Assembly: GCA_947498775.1 (NCBI GenBank)
Contig: CANMLL010000009.1
Location: 90,981-154,980, forward strand
Direction of reading: 5' to 3'
DNA length: 64,000 bases
Source of the DNA: an uncultured Aquimarina sp.
GTDB lineage: Bacteria > Bacteroidota > Bacteroidia > Flavobacteriales > Flavobacteriaceae
Made by a program: the position numbers and the translations under genes
The notes under the pieces: model-generated
Told to the model about the DNA's origin: nothing
Seen by the model: the letters and a program-made list of their open reading frames with translations, nothing else
Databases searched by the model: none
In this document: one piece after another, positions 9,560 to 19,993 of the stretch
How positions within the stretch are numbered: the stretch's first letter is position 1
Layout: every line of letters starts with the position of its first letter

Positions 9560-11005
9560 ATGGCATATACAGAAGACGATTTAAAGAAAGAGTTAGAAAC
9601 TAAGGAATATGAATATGGATTTTATACCGATATCGAATCTGATACATTTCCTGTAGGGCTTAATGAAGATATAGTTCGTGCAATTTCTAAGAAAAAGGAA
9701 GAGCCAGATTGGATGACAGATTGGAGATTAGAGGCTTTTCGAACCTGGGAACAGATGCAAGAACCTGAGTGGGCAAATGTACATTATGTAAAACCTGATT
9801 TTCAGAATATCTCTTATTATTCTGCTCCAAACAAAAAACCAAAATATAATAGTATAGATGAGGTAGACCCCGAATTGCTTGAAACTTTTAAGAAGCTTGG
9901 AATTTCATTAGAAGAACAAAAGAAATTGGCAGGAGTTGCAGTAGATATTGTAATGGATTCTGTATCGGTAGCAACTACTTTTAAAGAAACCTTGGCAGAA
10001 AAAGGGATTATTTTCTGTTCAATCTCAGAAGCTATACAGGAACATCCAGAACTTGTAAAAAAATATATTGGTTCTGTAGTTCCGCAAAAAGATAACTTTT
10101 ATGCCGCATTAAACTCGGCGGTATTTAGTGATGGTTCTTTTTGTTATATTCCTAAAGGTGTTCGTTGCCCTATGGAATTATCTACCTATTTTCGAATTAA
10201 TCAAGCAGGTACAGGGCAATTTGAACGTACATTGGTTATTGCCGACCAAGGAAGTTATGTAAGCTACCTTGAAGGATGTACGGCTCCCTCTCGGGATGAA
10301 AATCAATTGCATGCTGCCGTGGTAGAATTAATTGCGCTAGATGATGCAGAAATAAAGTATTCTACAGTACAAAATTGGTACCCCGGTAATGCTGAAGGAA
10401 AAGGTGGTGTCTATAATTTTGTAACAAAAAGAGGTCTTTGTGAAACGAATGCTAAGATCTCCTGGACACAAGTTGAAACTGGATCTGCGATTACCTGGAA
10501 ATATCCTTCTTGTGTACTCAAAGGAGATCATTCTGTAGGAGAGTTCTACTCGATTGCTGTGACTAATAATTTTCAGCAAGCAGACACAGGGACCAAAATG
10601 ATACACTTAGGTAAACACACTAAAAGTACTATTATATCCAAAGGTATTTCTGCCGGAAAATCGCAAAACAGCTATCGAGGATTAGTACAAATAAGTAGTA
10701 GGGCTTCTAATGCACGTAATTTTTCGCAATGTGATTCTTTGTTGATGGGCAATGAATGCGGTGCACACACGTTTCCTTATATAGAGGCAAAAAACAAAAC
10801 AGCTCAAATAGAACATGAAGCAACTACTAGCAAAATAGGTGAAGATCAAATTTTTTACTGTAACCAACGTGGTATTGATACCGAAAAAGCAATTGCCTTG
10901 ATCGTAAATGGTTTTAGTAAAGAAGTGTTAAACAAATTGCCTATGGAGTTTGCGGTAGAAGCACAAAAACTTCTGGAGATTTCGCTAGAAGGTTCTGTGG
11001 GCTAA
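9560..11005 (+). CDS. sufB: Fe-S cluster assembly protein SufB
   Basis: 481 aa with highly conserved SufB blocks ([39 protein letters not shown]). Confidence 0.95.
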   Translation: MAYTEDDLKKELETKEYEYGFYTDIESDTFPVGLNEDIVRAISKKKEEPDWMTDWRLEAFRTWEQMQEPEWANVHYVKPDFQNISYYSAPNKKPKYNSIDEVDPELLETFKKLGISLEEQKKLAGVAVDIVMDSVSVATTFKETLAEKGIIFCSISEAIQEHPELVKKYIGSVVPQKDNFYAALNSAVFSDGSFCYIPKGVRCPMELSTYFRINQAGTGQFERTLVIADQGSYVSYLEGCTAPSRDENQLHAAVVELIALDDAEIKYSTVQNWYPGNAEGKGGVYNFVTKRGLCETNAKISWTQVETGSAITWKYPSCVLKGDHSVGEFYSIAVTNNFQQADTGTKMIHLGKHTKSTIISKGISAGKSQNSYRGLVQISSRASNARNFSQCDSLLMGNECGAHTFPYIEAKNKTAQIEHEATTSKIGEDQIFYCNQRGIDTEKAIALIVNGFSKEVLNKLPMEFAVEAQKLLEISLEGSVG

Positions 11006-11032
11006 TAGTATGTAACCATCAAACCTAGATTA

Positions 11033-11449
11033 ATGAAAAAATCATTTCTTCTCATTGCCATAACCTTATTAATTTTTTCGTGTAAAAAAGAAAAATCAGA
11101 AACAGAAAACATAGCACCTAGTTTAATTCGTGGAGAGTTTATTTTGATTGATGGTGCTGCAGTGATAATGGGAAAAGACTTCATTTATGGTGTGGTGATT
11201 AATAACATGACCAAAGAATTAGCCAAAAAAGTGGAGCCCTTACAAAGAGAAGAATATGATATGGTGCCAGTGGTAATAAAGGGAATTGTTAAGCCCAACG
11301 ACACCAATGGTGTCGAAAAATGGAAAGAAATAGTAGAAATAACAGAAATTATTGGAGTTAGTGCCCCTACTTCAGAATTACCGACAAAAATTAATTCGGC
11401 AGAAACTGAACAAAGTGCCCTTGACTCAATAGAACAAAAAGAAAATTAA
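11033..11449 (+). CDS. hypothetical lipoprotein inserted between sufB and sufC
   Basis: Signal peptide with lipobox IFSC. 138 aa. No family recognised. Confidence 0.55.
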   Translation: MKKSFLLIAITLLIFSCKKEKSETENIAPSLIRGEFILIDGAAVIMGKDFIYGVVINNMTKELAKKVEPLQREEYDMVPVVIKGIVKPNDTNGVEKWKEIVEITEIIGVSAPTSELPTKINSAETEQSALDSIEQKEN

Positions 11450-11485
11450 ATACAATATATCTTATTAAAGATAAAAGAATTAAGC

Positions 11486-12238
11486 ATGTTAGAAATAAAA
11501 GATTTGCACGCTAGCGTAGAAGAAAAAGAAATTTTAAAAGGTCTTAGCCTTAATGTAAAAGCAGGAGAAGTTCATGCAATTATGGGACCTAATGGCTCTG
11601 GAAAAAGTACATTGGCCAATATTGTTGCCGGAAAAGAAGACTATGAGGTTACTAAGGGTGAAATTCTTTTGAATGGAGAAGATATGGAAGAACTGGCTGC
11701 CGAAGAACGTGCTCATAAAGGTGTTTTCTTGTCGTTTCAATATCCTGTAGAAATTCCAGGGGTTACGGTTACCAATTTTATGAAAACGGCAATCAATGAG
11801 ACTCGAAAAGCACAAGGGCTTGAAGAAATGCCTGCAAAAGATATGCTGAAGAAAATTCGTGAGAAATCAGAATTACTGGAGATCGACCGTAAATTTTTAT
11901 CCCGCTCTCTTAATGAAGGATTCTCGGGTGGAGAGAAAAAACGAAATGAGATCTTTCAAATGGCGATGATGGAGCCAAAATTAGCCATTCTGGATGAAAC
12001 TGATTCTGGGCTTGATATTGATGCTTTGCGCATCGTTGCCAACGGAGTAAACAAGCTTAAAGGTGGGGATAATGCCATTGTGGTAATTACACACTATCAA
12101 AGACTATTAGAATATATCGTTCCTGATTTTGTACATGTGTTATACGATGGTAAAATTGTGAAGTCAGGAACCAAAGAATTAGCTCTTGAGTTAGAAGAGA
12201 AGGGATACGATTGGATTAAGGAAGAGATAAACGCTTAA
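11486..12238 (+). CDS. sufC: Fe-S cluster assembly ATPase SufC
   Basis: Walker A GPNGSGKST, ABC signature FSGGEKKR and Walker B LAILDE. Confidence 0.95.
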   Translation: MLEIKDLHASVEEKEILKGLSLNVKAGEVHAIMGPNGSGKSTLANIVAGKEDYEVTKGEILLNGEDMEELAAEERAHKGVFLSFQYPVEIPGVTVTNFMKTAINETRKAQGLEEMPAKDMLKKIREKSELLEIDRKFLSRSLNEGFSGGEKKRNEIFQMAMMEPKLAILDETDSGLDIDALRIVANGVNKLKGGDNAIVVITHYQRLLEYIVPDFVHVLYDGKIVKSGTKELALELEEKGYDWIKEEINA

Positions 12239-12272
12239 TTAGTTTCTTGTTTCTTGTTTAAAGTTTCAAATT

Positions 12273-12674
12273 ATGGCAACCATTAAAAAGTTTGAAGATT
12301 TAGAAATTTGGCAAGAAGCTAGAAGGTTATGTCAAAAAATTATTGTCTTAGTACAAACAACCGAATTACAAAAAGATTACGGACTCAAAGATCAAATAAA
12401 GCGAGCTTCCGGTTCTGTAATGGATAATATTGCAGAAGGTTTTGAAAGAGCTGGAAATTTAGAGTTTAGACAATTCTTATCAATAGCCAAAGGATCTGCT
12501 GGAGAAACAAGATCTCAATTGTATAGAGTTTTTGATTATGAATATGTTGATGAAGAAACATTAAAAATTTTAGTAAGTGATTATGAAACCCTAAGTAAGA
12601 GAATTTCTGGTTTTATAAGCTACTTAAACAAAAAAGAATATAAGGGTACAAAATTTAAAAAATCTGAGACCTGA
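12273..12674 (+). CDS. four-helix-bundle protein (23S rRNA intervening-sequence protein family)
   Basis: 133 aa. QIKRASGSVMDNIAEGFER ... SIAKGSAGETRSQL is the hallmark of this family. Confidence 0.8.
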   Translation: MATIKKFEDLEIWQEARRLCQKIIVLVQTTELQKDYGLKDQIKRASGSVMDNIAEGFERAGNLEFRQFLSIAKGSAGETRSQLYRVFDYEYVDEETLKILVSDYETLSKRISGFISYLNKKEYKGTKFKKSET

Positions 12675-12705
12675 AACTTGAAACTGTTTCATTAGAAACA
12701 TAAAT

Positions 12706-14031
12706 ATGAAACTAAAAATGGAATTGAAAGAAAAATTAGTCTCCTCTTTTTTGGCCTTCGAAAACACTGTGGATATAGATGCTCCTGTTCATGATATCAG
12801 GAGTCAGGCGATCAAAGTTTTTGAAGAAAAAGGGTTTCCTACCAAAAAAGAGGAAGCGTGGAAATATACTTCTCTAAATACGATATTAAAACATGACTAT
12901 AGTGTTTTCCCTAAAGAAGAAAATGCTTTAGAATTTAAGGATGTAAAAAAATATTTCCTTCATGACCTTGATACCTATAAAATTGTATTTATAGACGGCA
13001 TATATTCTTCGCACTTGTCTGAGACTACTCATGACAAAATAGACGTGTGTTTAATGTCTTCTGCATTGACCAAGGATAAATACAAGCCTCTTATAGATAA
13101 CTATTTCAACAAAATAGCCCGCCAGGATGGTCTTAGTTCTTTAAACACAGCTTTTTCTAAAGAAGGCGCCTATATTTATATTCCAAAAAACAAATTGGCC
13201 GATAAGCCGATTCAAATTATACATTTTTCTACCGGAAAAGAATCCTCGCTGCTTTTACAACCTCGTAATTTGATTATTGTTGAAGAAAATTCTCACGTTC
13301 AGATTATCGAGCGTCATCAAAGTCTTACCGAGAATCAGGTGTTGACAAATTCGGTAACCGAGATCTTTGCAGACAAGAGAGCGGTGGTAGATTATTATAA
13401 AATACAGAACGACAACCAAAACGCCTCGTTAATCGACAACACGTATATCGAACAACAGGCTCAAAGCTTAGCATCTGTGCATACCTTTGCTTTTGGTGGA
13501 AATATTACCAGAAACAATCTGAACTTCTTCCAAAAAGGAGAAGGTATCGATTCTGTGCTTAATGGTATAACCATTATCGAAGAAAAACAACATGTAGATC
13601 ATAACACTTTGGTGCATCATACAGCACCAAATTGTGAAAGCCACCAGGACTATAAAGGTATTTTTGACGAAAAAGCTATTGGGGTTTTTAACGGAAAAAT
13701 CATTGTGAATAAAGAAGCTCAGAAAACCAATGCTTTTCAGTCAAACAATAACATCCTTTTAAGTGATAAAGCAACGATCAACTCAAAACCTCAACTAGAG
13801 ATTTTTGCTGATGATGTAAAATGTTCTCATGGCTGCACCATTGGCCAATTAGATGAAAATGCTTTGTTCTATATGAGATCTCGTGGTATTGGCGAAAAAG
13901 AAGCCAAAGCCTTAATGATGTATGCCTTTGCCAATAATGTTTTGGAGAGTGTGAAAATCCCTCAATTAAAAAGTAGAATCAATAAACTAATCGCCAATAA
14001 ACTAAATGTAGATATTGGATTTGATTTGTAA
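12706..14031 (+). CDS. sufD: Fe-S cluster assembly protein SufD
   Basis: 441 aa. The C-terminal block PQLEIFADDVKCSHGCTIGQLDENALFYMRSRGI is typical of SufD. Confidence 0.9.
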   Translation: MKLKMELKEKLVSSFLAFENTVDIDAPVHDIRSQAIKVFEEKGFPTKKEEAWKYTSLNTILKHDYSVFPKEENALEFKDVKKYFLHDLDTYKIVFIDGIYSSHLSETTHDKIDVCLMSSALTKDKYKPLIDNYFNKIARQDGLSSLNTAFSKEGAYIYIPKNKLADKPIQIIHFSTGKESSLLLQPRNLIIVEENSHVQIIERHQSLTENQVLTNSVTEIFADKRAVVDYYKIQNDNQNASLIDNTYIEQQAQSLASVHTFAFGGNITRNNLNFFQKGEGIDSVLNGITIIEEKQHVDHNTLVHHTAPNCESHQDYKGIFDEKAIGVFNGKIIVNKEAQKTNAFQSNNNILLSDKATINSKPQLEIFADDVKCSHGCTIGQLDENALFYMRSRGIGEKEAKALMMYAFANNVLESVKIPQLKSRINKLIANKLNVDIGFDL

Positions 14032-14056
14032 TTAATTCAATAGACCATAAATAACA

Positions 14057-14082
14057 AGCCAGGCTAATGTCTGGCTTTTTTA
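14057..14082. terminator. hairpin terminator between sufD and the convergent hydrolase gene
   Basis: agccag / ctggct stem with an 8-nt loop, followed by a T6 run. Confidence 0.55.
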
Positions 14083-14087
14083 TACCG

Positions 14088-15440
14088 CTATTTTATTGCA
14101 CCAGCCATTTCTTTTAAAAATGTATTAAAATCTACACCTGCATCCCCTATCAATCCAAAACGCACAATCACAAGGTCTTTTGAAGGGATTATAAATACCC
14201 GTTGCCCTTGATACCCATTTGCCGAAAACATATCTCGGGGAGCATCGGGATAAAATCCTCCGGCGTTCAGCCAAAAATGACCTCCATAATCTCCTTCGGA
14301 TGTTGGACTTGGAGTGGTCACGTAATCGACCCATGATGGGTCAAATATTTTCGTGCCATTCCAGTTCCCTTTATGAAGATATAACAATCCAAACTTAGCC
14401 CAATCTCTCACCGTTGCCCAGGCATATGAAGATCCCACATAGTTGCCCGCCATATCCGTTTCTATTACCATCGAATGCATCCCGATCTTATCAATAAATT
14501 CTCTATATGGATAGTCAAGGTATTCTTGATGTGTGGTAAACTGTTTTCTTAGAATTCCAGACAACAAATTAGAAGTGCCTGAAGAATAAAGCCAATTTTC
14601 ATTGGGCTTATGTATTGCCTTTTTATGAATCTGGGCAGTGGTCATATCTCTATCTAGATATAACATTTTTGTAATGTCAGAAATAGAACCATAATCCTCA
14701 TCCCATTTTAAACCACTATTCATTTGTAGTAAATTGTTAATGGTTATTGCCTTTCTTCCATCATTTTGCCACTCGACTACAGGCGCCTTACCATTAATAT
14801 CTATTTTGCCTTGTGACTGTAATACGCCATACATGGTACTAAGAACACTTTTGGTCATTGACCAGCCCAGTAAAACTGAATTTTTATCAAAGCCATCAAT
14901 ATACCGTTCTCCAATAATTTGATCTTTATAAAGCACAAGAATCGCTCTCGTTTTTTTAATATCCTCTCCATTAGTGTCAAAAATTGAGGCAACCGTTCGA
15001 TCTATCTTATCATAGTCAATATTTTCGAAAACAGTATCTGTTTGCGGTAAATCTCCGTATGGATAAGGAAGGTTGGTTTTATAAAACGTTCGTTTAGGAA
15101 TTAAAAATGGCTCTTTTTCATCAAAATCTTCATCAATTAAAACACTTCCCAACCCTTCTCGATAAATTGCTTTTCGTTCTTTAAACCCAAATACATTAGC
15201 CATTGCATACTTATTCTGCTTGTCCACCTCATCTGTGGCTAGTCGTACATTAGGAACATCATGGTCTGTCTTATCCGTGTATTCTAGGCTTCTATGCCCA
15301 AGAAAAACAGATGAACTCATGTTTTTTGCAGAAAATCCAGATATGATTTCGAGCTTAGGGTAATTTATAGTTATGGCAATGCAAATTCCCACAAAAAGAA
15401 AAAGAAATGTGCCGCCAATAATTTTTTTAAATCGCTTCAT
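14088..15440 (-). CDS. serine hydrolase (beta-lactamase/class C-like family), membrane-anchored
   Basis: 450 aa with an N-terminal TM segment and the S-x-x-K motif SMTKS. Confidence 0.75.
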   Translation of the reverse strand: MKRFKKIIGGTFLFLFVGICIAITINYPKLEIISGFSAKNMSSSVFLGHRSLEYTDKTDHDVPNVRLATDEVDKQNKYAMANVFGFKERKAIYREGLGSVLIDEDFDEKEPFLIPKRTFYKTNLPYPYGDLPQTDTVFENIDYDKIDRTVASIFDTNGEDIKKTRAILVLYKDQIIGERYIDGFDKNSVLLGWSMTKSVLSTMYGVLQSQGKIDINGKAPVVEWQNDGRKAITINNLLQMNSGLKWDEDYGSISDITKMLYLDRDMTTAQIHKKAIHKPNENWLYSSGTSNLLSGILRKQFTTHQEYLDYPYREFIDKIGMHSMVIETDMAGNYVGSSYAWATVRDWAKFGLLYLHKGNWNGTKIFDPSWVDYVTTPSPTSEGDYGGHFWLNAGGFYPDAPRDMFSANGYQGQRVFIIPSKDLVIVRFGLIGDAGVDFNTFLKEMAGAIK

Positions 15441-15518
15441 AAGAAAAAAGATTAAACCATTCTAAAAATAGGCAATCTGAATTAGAAATACTTATTACTT
15501 TTGCAGAAAGAAATTGCA

Positions 15519-16733
15519 ATGTTTGATGTACATAAGATCAGGGAAGATTTTCCGATCCTGAAACGCGAAGTAAACGGAAAACCTTTGGTATATTTTGATA
15601 ATGCAGCCACCTCACAAACTCCACAAGTTGTTATTGACACTATTGTAGATTATTATAGTAATTACAATGCCAATATCCATAGAGGAGTGCATACCTTGTC
15701 TCAAGAGGCCACAGATGCATACGAAGTTGCTCGCAAAAAAGTACAACAACATTTTAATGCAAAACACTCGCATGAAATTATCCTAACTTCAGGGACTACG
15801 CACAGTATCAATATTATTGCTACCGGTTTTACCCATTTTCTTGCTGAAGGAGATGAAATTATCGTTTCTGCCTTAGAGCACCATTCTAATATCGTGCCTT
15901 GGCAAATGCTTTGCGATCGTACCGGTGCGGTTCTAAAAGTAATTCCCATGAACGAAGAAGGGGAATTATTAATGGATGTATATGATACATTGCTTTCAGA
16001 TAAAACCAAACTTGTTTTCACAAATCATATTTCGAACGCATTGGGTACCATAAATCCTATCGAAGAAATTATAGAAAAAGCCCACAGCGTTGGTGCGGCA
16101 GTGCTCATTGATGGTGCACAATCATGCCCTCATGTTAAACCCGATGTTCAAGCCCTGGATGTTGACTTTTATGTAGCATCTGCACACAAACTTTGTGGTC
16201 CTACAGGGGTTGGTATGCTCTATGGAAAGTCTGAATGGTTAGAAAAACTTCCTCCATATCAAGGCGGTGGAGAGATGATCGAGCAGGTAACTTTTGAAAA
16301 AACTACCTATGCCGGGCTTCCACATAAATTTGAAGCCGGCACCCCAAACATTTGTGGTGGTATTGCATTTGGTGCTGCCCTGGATTATATGAATGCTATA
16401 GGCTTTGACAATATTGCAGCCTATGAAAAAGAATTACTCGATTACGGAACCAAAAAGCTTTTGGAGATTGAAGGGCTTAAAATATATGGTACTTCCCAAA
16501 ACAAAACATCTGTGATCTCATTTAATCTTGAAAACATTCACCCCTATGATGTAGGAACCATCGTAGATAAACTAGGAATAGCCGTACGTACTGGTCATCA
16601 CTGTGCACAACCAATCATGGATTTCTATAAAATTCCTGGTACTGTGAGAGCCTCATTTTCATTTTACAATACCAAGGAAGAAATCGATGCGCTGGTTGAA
16701 GCAGTTAAAAGGGCCAAAATGATGCTGTCCTAA
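15519..16733 (+). CDS. sufS: cysteine desulfurase SufS
   Basis: Trimmed to ATG 15519. It has the PLP-lysine region SAHKLCGPTG and the active-site RTGHHCAQP. Confidence 0.9.
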   Translation: MFDVHKIREDFPILKREVNGKPLVYFDNAATSQTPQVVIDTIVDYYSNYNANIHRGVHTLSQEATDAYEVARKKVQQHFNAKHSHEIILTSGTTHSINIIATGFTHFLAEGDEIIVSALEHHSNIVPWQMLCDRTGAVLKVIPMNEEGELLMDVYDTLLSDKTKLVFTNHISNALGTINPIEEIIEKAHSVGAAVLIDGAQSCPHVKPDVQALDVDFYVASAHKLCGPTGVGMLYGKSEWLEKLPPYQGGGEMIEQVTFEKTTYAGLPHKFEAGTPNICGGIAFGAALDYMNAIGFDNIAAYEKELLDYGTKKLLEIEGLKIYGTSQNKTSVISFNLENIHPYDVGTIVDKLGIAVRTGHHCAQPIMDFYKIPGTVRASFSFYNTKEEIDALVEAVKRAKMMLS

Positions 16734-16915
16734 ATAGATAAGGAGCTTTTTGCTCCCTCATTTTGTTTGATTTCACCATAAAAATCACTAAATTACAGTA
16801 TACAATGAATTCGTGTTAACGATTTGTTAATCAGATTGTTAAATATTGTTTTGTTTCCGTTAAATGCAAAACAAAGCCTTCTTTTTTTCGTTTACATCCT
16901 ATAATACTCTTAAAA

Positions 16916-17935
16916 ATGAAAAAGTTCGCAATTCCAGGCATCATCCTCTCATTGTTTTTACTCTTAGGCTGTCCTAGCAAGAAAACCACTACTACGGCTA
17001 ACGAACCAGAATGTATGGATGCTGAAACTGCCAAAACATTATATAAATCAACAAATAGTGGTTCCAACAAAAGGTGCGCTACAATGGAGGTTTTAGAAAA
17101 ACACATAGTCAAAAGCCCAAATCTAAAATCTAGAATGGAGGCTATAGAAAATCAATGTAAATCCTTTATCGAACTTAGAAAAAGTGGAAAAATAGCCGAT
17201 ATGGATACTCTCAATATACCTACAGTCGTACATGTGATTTATAGCAAAGACGAAGAAAATATTTGTAAACAACAAATTATCTCTCAGATCAATGTTTTAA
17301 ACCAAGATTTCACCAAGACCAATACAGATATCAACCAAATTCCTGAAGAATTTTCTGAATTTTCTGCTAATATTGGAATTCGTTTTAAATTAGATACCAT
17401 TATAAGAGTTTCTTCTACAAGAGCAGAATGGGGAACCAACGATCAAATGAAATTTTCATCAAGCGGAGGTTCTGATGTAGTTGATTCTTCAAAGAATTTA
17501 AACATTTGGGTGTGTAACGTTGGTGGTGGTATTCTAGGGTATGCTCAATTTCCTGGGGATGATCCCGCGACTGATGGTATTGTAATTTCTCCTCAGTTTT
17601 TTGGTACCATGGGGTCTGTTACTGCTCCTTTTGATAAAGGAAGAACGACAACTCACGAAGTAGGCCACTGGCTTAACTTACGTCATATTTGGGGTGATGG
17701 CAATTGCTTACAGGATGATTTTGTAGACGACACCCCTGTATCCGACGGGCCTAATTTTGGTTGCCCTACCTATCCCACACTACGTTGTAATACCAATGAT
17801 ATGACTATGAACTATATGGACTATAGTGATGACGCATGCATGCATATGTTTACTATTGGTCAAAAAGATAGAATGCAAGCAGTATTTGCTCCTGAAGGGC
17901 CTAGACAAAGTTTTGTGAAACCCTTGGTGCAGTAA
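16916..17935 (+). CDS. M43 (pappalysin/cytophagalysin-like) zinc metalloprotease lipoprotein
   Basis: Lipobox LLGC. Extended zinc motif HEVGHWLNLRHIWGD and a downstream Met-turn region NYMDY. Confidence 0.75.
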   Translation: MKKFAIPGIILSLFLLLGCPSKKTTTTANEPECMDAETAKTLYKSTNSGSNKRCATMEVLEKHIVKSPNLKSRMEAIENQCKSFIELRKSGKIADMDTLNIPTVVHVIYSKDEENICKQQIISQINVLNQDFTKTNTDINQIPEEFSEFSANIGIRFKLDTIIRVSSTRAEWGTNDQMKFSSSGGSDVVDSSKNLNIWVCNVGGGILGYAQFPGDDPATDGIVISPQFFGTMGSVTAPFDKGRTTTHEVGHWLNLRHIWGDGNCLQDDFVDDTPVSDGPNFGCPTYPTLRCNTNDMTMNYMDYSDDACMHMFTIGQKDRMQAVFAPEGPRQSFVKPLVQ

Positions 17936-17975
17936 CTGTTTTAAAATAGTATTTTTAGAAAAGTAACATTCACAT

Positions 17976-18686
17976 ATGCATAAGTTTGGTTTAATATTGA
18001 GTTTGGTTTTCTTGTTTTCTTCATGCCAGGAAACGAAAAAAATCTATATCGCTAGTCATTTGACTGATTGTGAAGGAGTAGCACCTCAAAAATGTATGCT
18101 AATCAAAAGCAGACCTTCAGAAGACTGGACCTATTTTTATGATACTATTGAAGGTTTCAATTATGAAGAAGGCTACTCTTATGAGCTTGAAGTTGCCGTG
18201 ACTCGAATAGAAAATCCACCTGCAGATGGTTCTTCGCTACAATACTCATTGCTTAAAATTCTTTCTAAACAAAAAGATCAAACAGTTGGTCAAAATATGA
18301 CCCATTCAACACCTATTCAGCAACAAGAAGTATCAGATATAGTCTATGAAGCTAGTACCCGAGGTTCTTTTTTTCAAGTCAAAATCAACAAAGACCTTAT
18401 TCAAAAAACTAAGGACCGAAGTTTGCAAAAAATAAATTCTAAAACGTGTAGCAAACAAGACTGGACCACTCTTCTTTCTCTTCTTGAGACCATACCGCTT
18501 GAAGAAATTAATACCCTTACACCTCCAACCGATAAAAGAGCTACCGATGCGGCACTTCATGCTAAACTAAAGATCATTACCAAAACCAATACCTATACTT
18601 CTATTGGATTTGATCATGGCAATCCTCCCGAAAAAATAAAACAATTAGTTAATACTATGCTATCATTGGTAGAAAGTATTGAATAG
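17976..18686 (+). CDS. DUF4377-like lipoprotein
   Basis: Lipobox FSSC. The C-x-G-x-x-P-x-x-C-M-L-I-K and GFNYEEGYSYELEV pattern is recalled from DUF4377. There is an extra C-terminal domain. Confidence 0.5.
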   Translation: MHKFGLILSLVFLFSSCQETKKIYIASHLTDCEGVAPQKCMLIKSRPSEDWTYFYDTIEGFNYEEGYSYELEVAVTRIENPPADGSSLQYSLLKILSKQKDQTVGQNMTHSTPIQQQEVSDIVYEASTRGSFFQVKINKDLIQKTKDRSLQKINSKTCSKQDWTTLLSLLETIPLEEINTLTPPTDKRATDAALHAKLKIITKTNTYTSIGFDHGNPPEKIKQLVNTMLSLVESIE

Positions 18687-18726
18687 CAACTATTCTTGTT
18701 GTACTTTTGTTGAAAATTTGTAGACA

Positions 18727-19149
18727 ATGACAATACAAGAAATTCAGGCAGAAATTGTTGACGAGTTTAGCATGTTTGATGATTGGATGCAACGCTATGA
18801 GTATATGATCGAATTAGGGAAGTCTCTTCCGTTAATTAATGAAAAATACAAAACAGACGATAATATCATAAAAGGGTGTCAAAGCAAAGTATGGGTGCAT
18901 GCCGAAATGAAAGATGATAAAATCGAATTTACTGCAGATAGTGATGCCATTATTACCAAAGGTATTATTGCCATTCTTATTCGTGCTTTTTCTGGGCAAC
19001 ACCCAAAAGATATTATTGATGCCGGTACTGGGTTTATTGATGAAATTGGTCTGAAAGAACATCTCTCGCCAACACGAGCAAATGGTTTGGTAAGCATGAT
19101 CAAACAATTAAAAATGTACGCAATCGCTTATCAAACACAATTAAACTAA
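18727..19149 (+). CDS. sufE: SufE-family sulfur acceptor
   Basis: 140 aa with the conserved KGCQSKVW active-site cysteine block. Confidence 0.85.
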   Translation: MTIQEIQAEIVDEFSMFDDWMQRYEYMIELGKSLPLINEKYKTDDNIIKGCQSKVWVHAEMKDDKIEFTADSDAIITKGIIAILIRAFSGQHPKDIIDAGTGFIDEIGLKEHLSPTRANGLVSMIKQLKMYAIAYQTQLN

Positions 19150-19198
19150 TCCTTTTTGTTGGGCAATACCCACAAGGACCGACTAAAAATAAAAAATA

Positions 19199-19525
19199 AT
19201 GAGTGAAACAGTTATAGACACCAACGAGTTAGGGGAAAAGATTGTAAGAGTACTTAAAACGATTTATGATCCCGAAATTCCTGTAGATATTTACGAGCTT
19301 GGACTTATTTATGATGTATTTGTAAATGAGGATTATGACGTAAAAATCTTAATGACGCTTACTTCTCCAAACTGTCCGGTAGCAGAATCATTGCCCGAAG
19401 AGATCCGCGAAAAAGTAAAATCATTAAACGCAGTAAATGATGTAGAAATGGAGCTTACTTTTGATCCGCCATGGTCACAAGATTTAATGAGTGAAGAAGC
19501 AAAACTAGAATTAGGAATGTTATAA
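19199..19525 (+). CDS. DUF59 / SufT-like Fe-S assembly protein
   Basis: 108 aa with IYDPEIPVDIYELGLIY and LTSPNCP motifs. Confidence 0.8.
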   Translation: MSETVIDTNELGEKIVRVLKTIYDPEIPVDIYELGLIYDVFVNEDYDVKILMTLTSPNCPVAESLPEEIREKVKSLNAVNDVEMELTFDPPWSQDLMSEEAKLELGML

Positions 19526-19555
19526 TCCTTTTATAAGACAAATACACGTTCTTAC

Positions 19556-19993
19556 ATGAATCAAGTACATTACAACAAATTAGAAAGAATGTATTTGCAG
19601 GCAAATATCAATACCAAAATTTTTGACACTACAACCGTCAAAATTTCGGAAGAGATGGCGCAAATCGAACTTGAAATATCAGATAAGTATTTTCATGCTT
19701 TGGAAGCTATTCATGGTTCGGTATATTTTAAATTGCTTGATGATGCCGCTTTTTTTGCAGTAAATTCGATAGTTGAAGATGTTTCTGTGCTTACAACTTC
19801 ATTTACTATTAATTTGATACGACCCGTAAATAAAGGAATGATAACAGCTATTGGTAAAGTGAAATTTAAATCCCGGAATCTATTTGTTGCAGAATCAAGC
19901 TTATACAATGAAAATGGTAAAGAAATAGCTTTTGGGACTGGAAATTTTTCAAAAAGTAAAGTTGAATTGTCAGAAAAAATAGGATATTTATAA
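19556..19993 (+). CDS. PaaI-family hotdog-fold thioesterase
   Basis: 145 aa with the HGSVYFKLLDDAAFFA motif. Confidence 0.6.
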   Translation: MNQVHYNKLERMYLQANINTKIFDTTTVKISEEMAQIELEISDKYFHALEAIHGSVYFKLLDDAAFFAVNSIVEDVSVLTTSFTINLIRPVNKGMITAIGKVKFKSRNLFVAESSLYNENGKEIAFGTGNFSKSKVELSEKIGYL

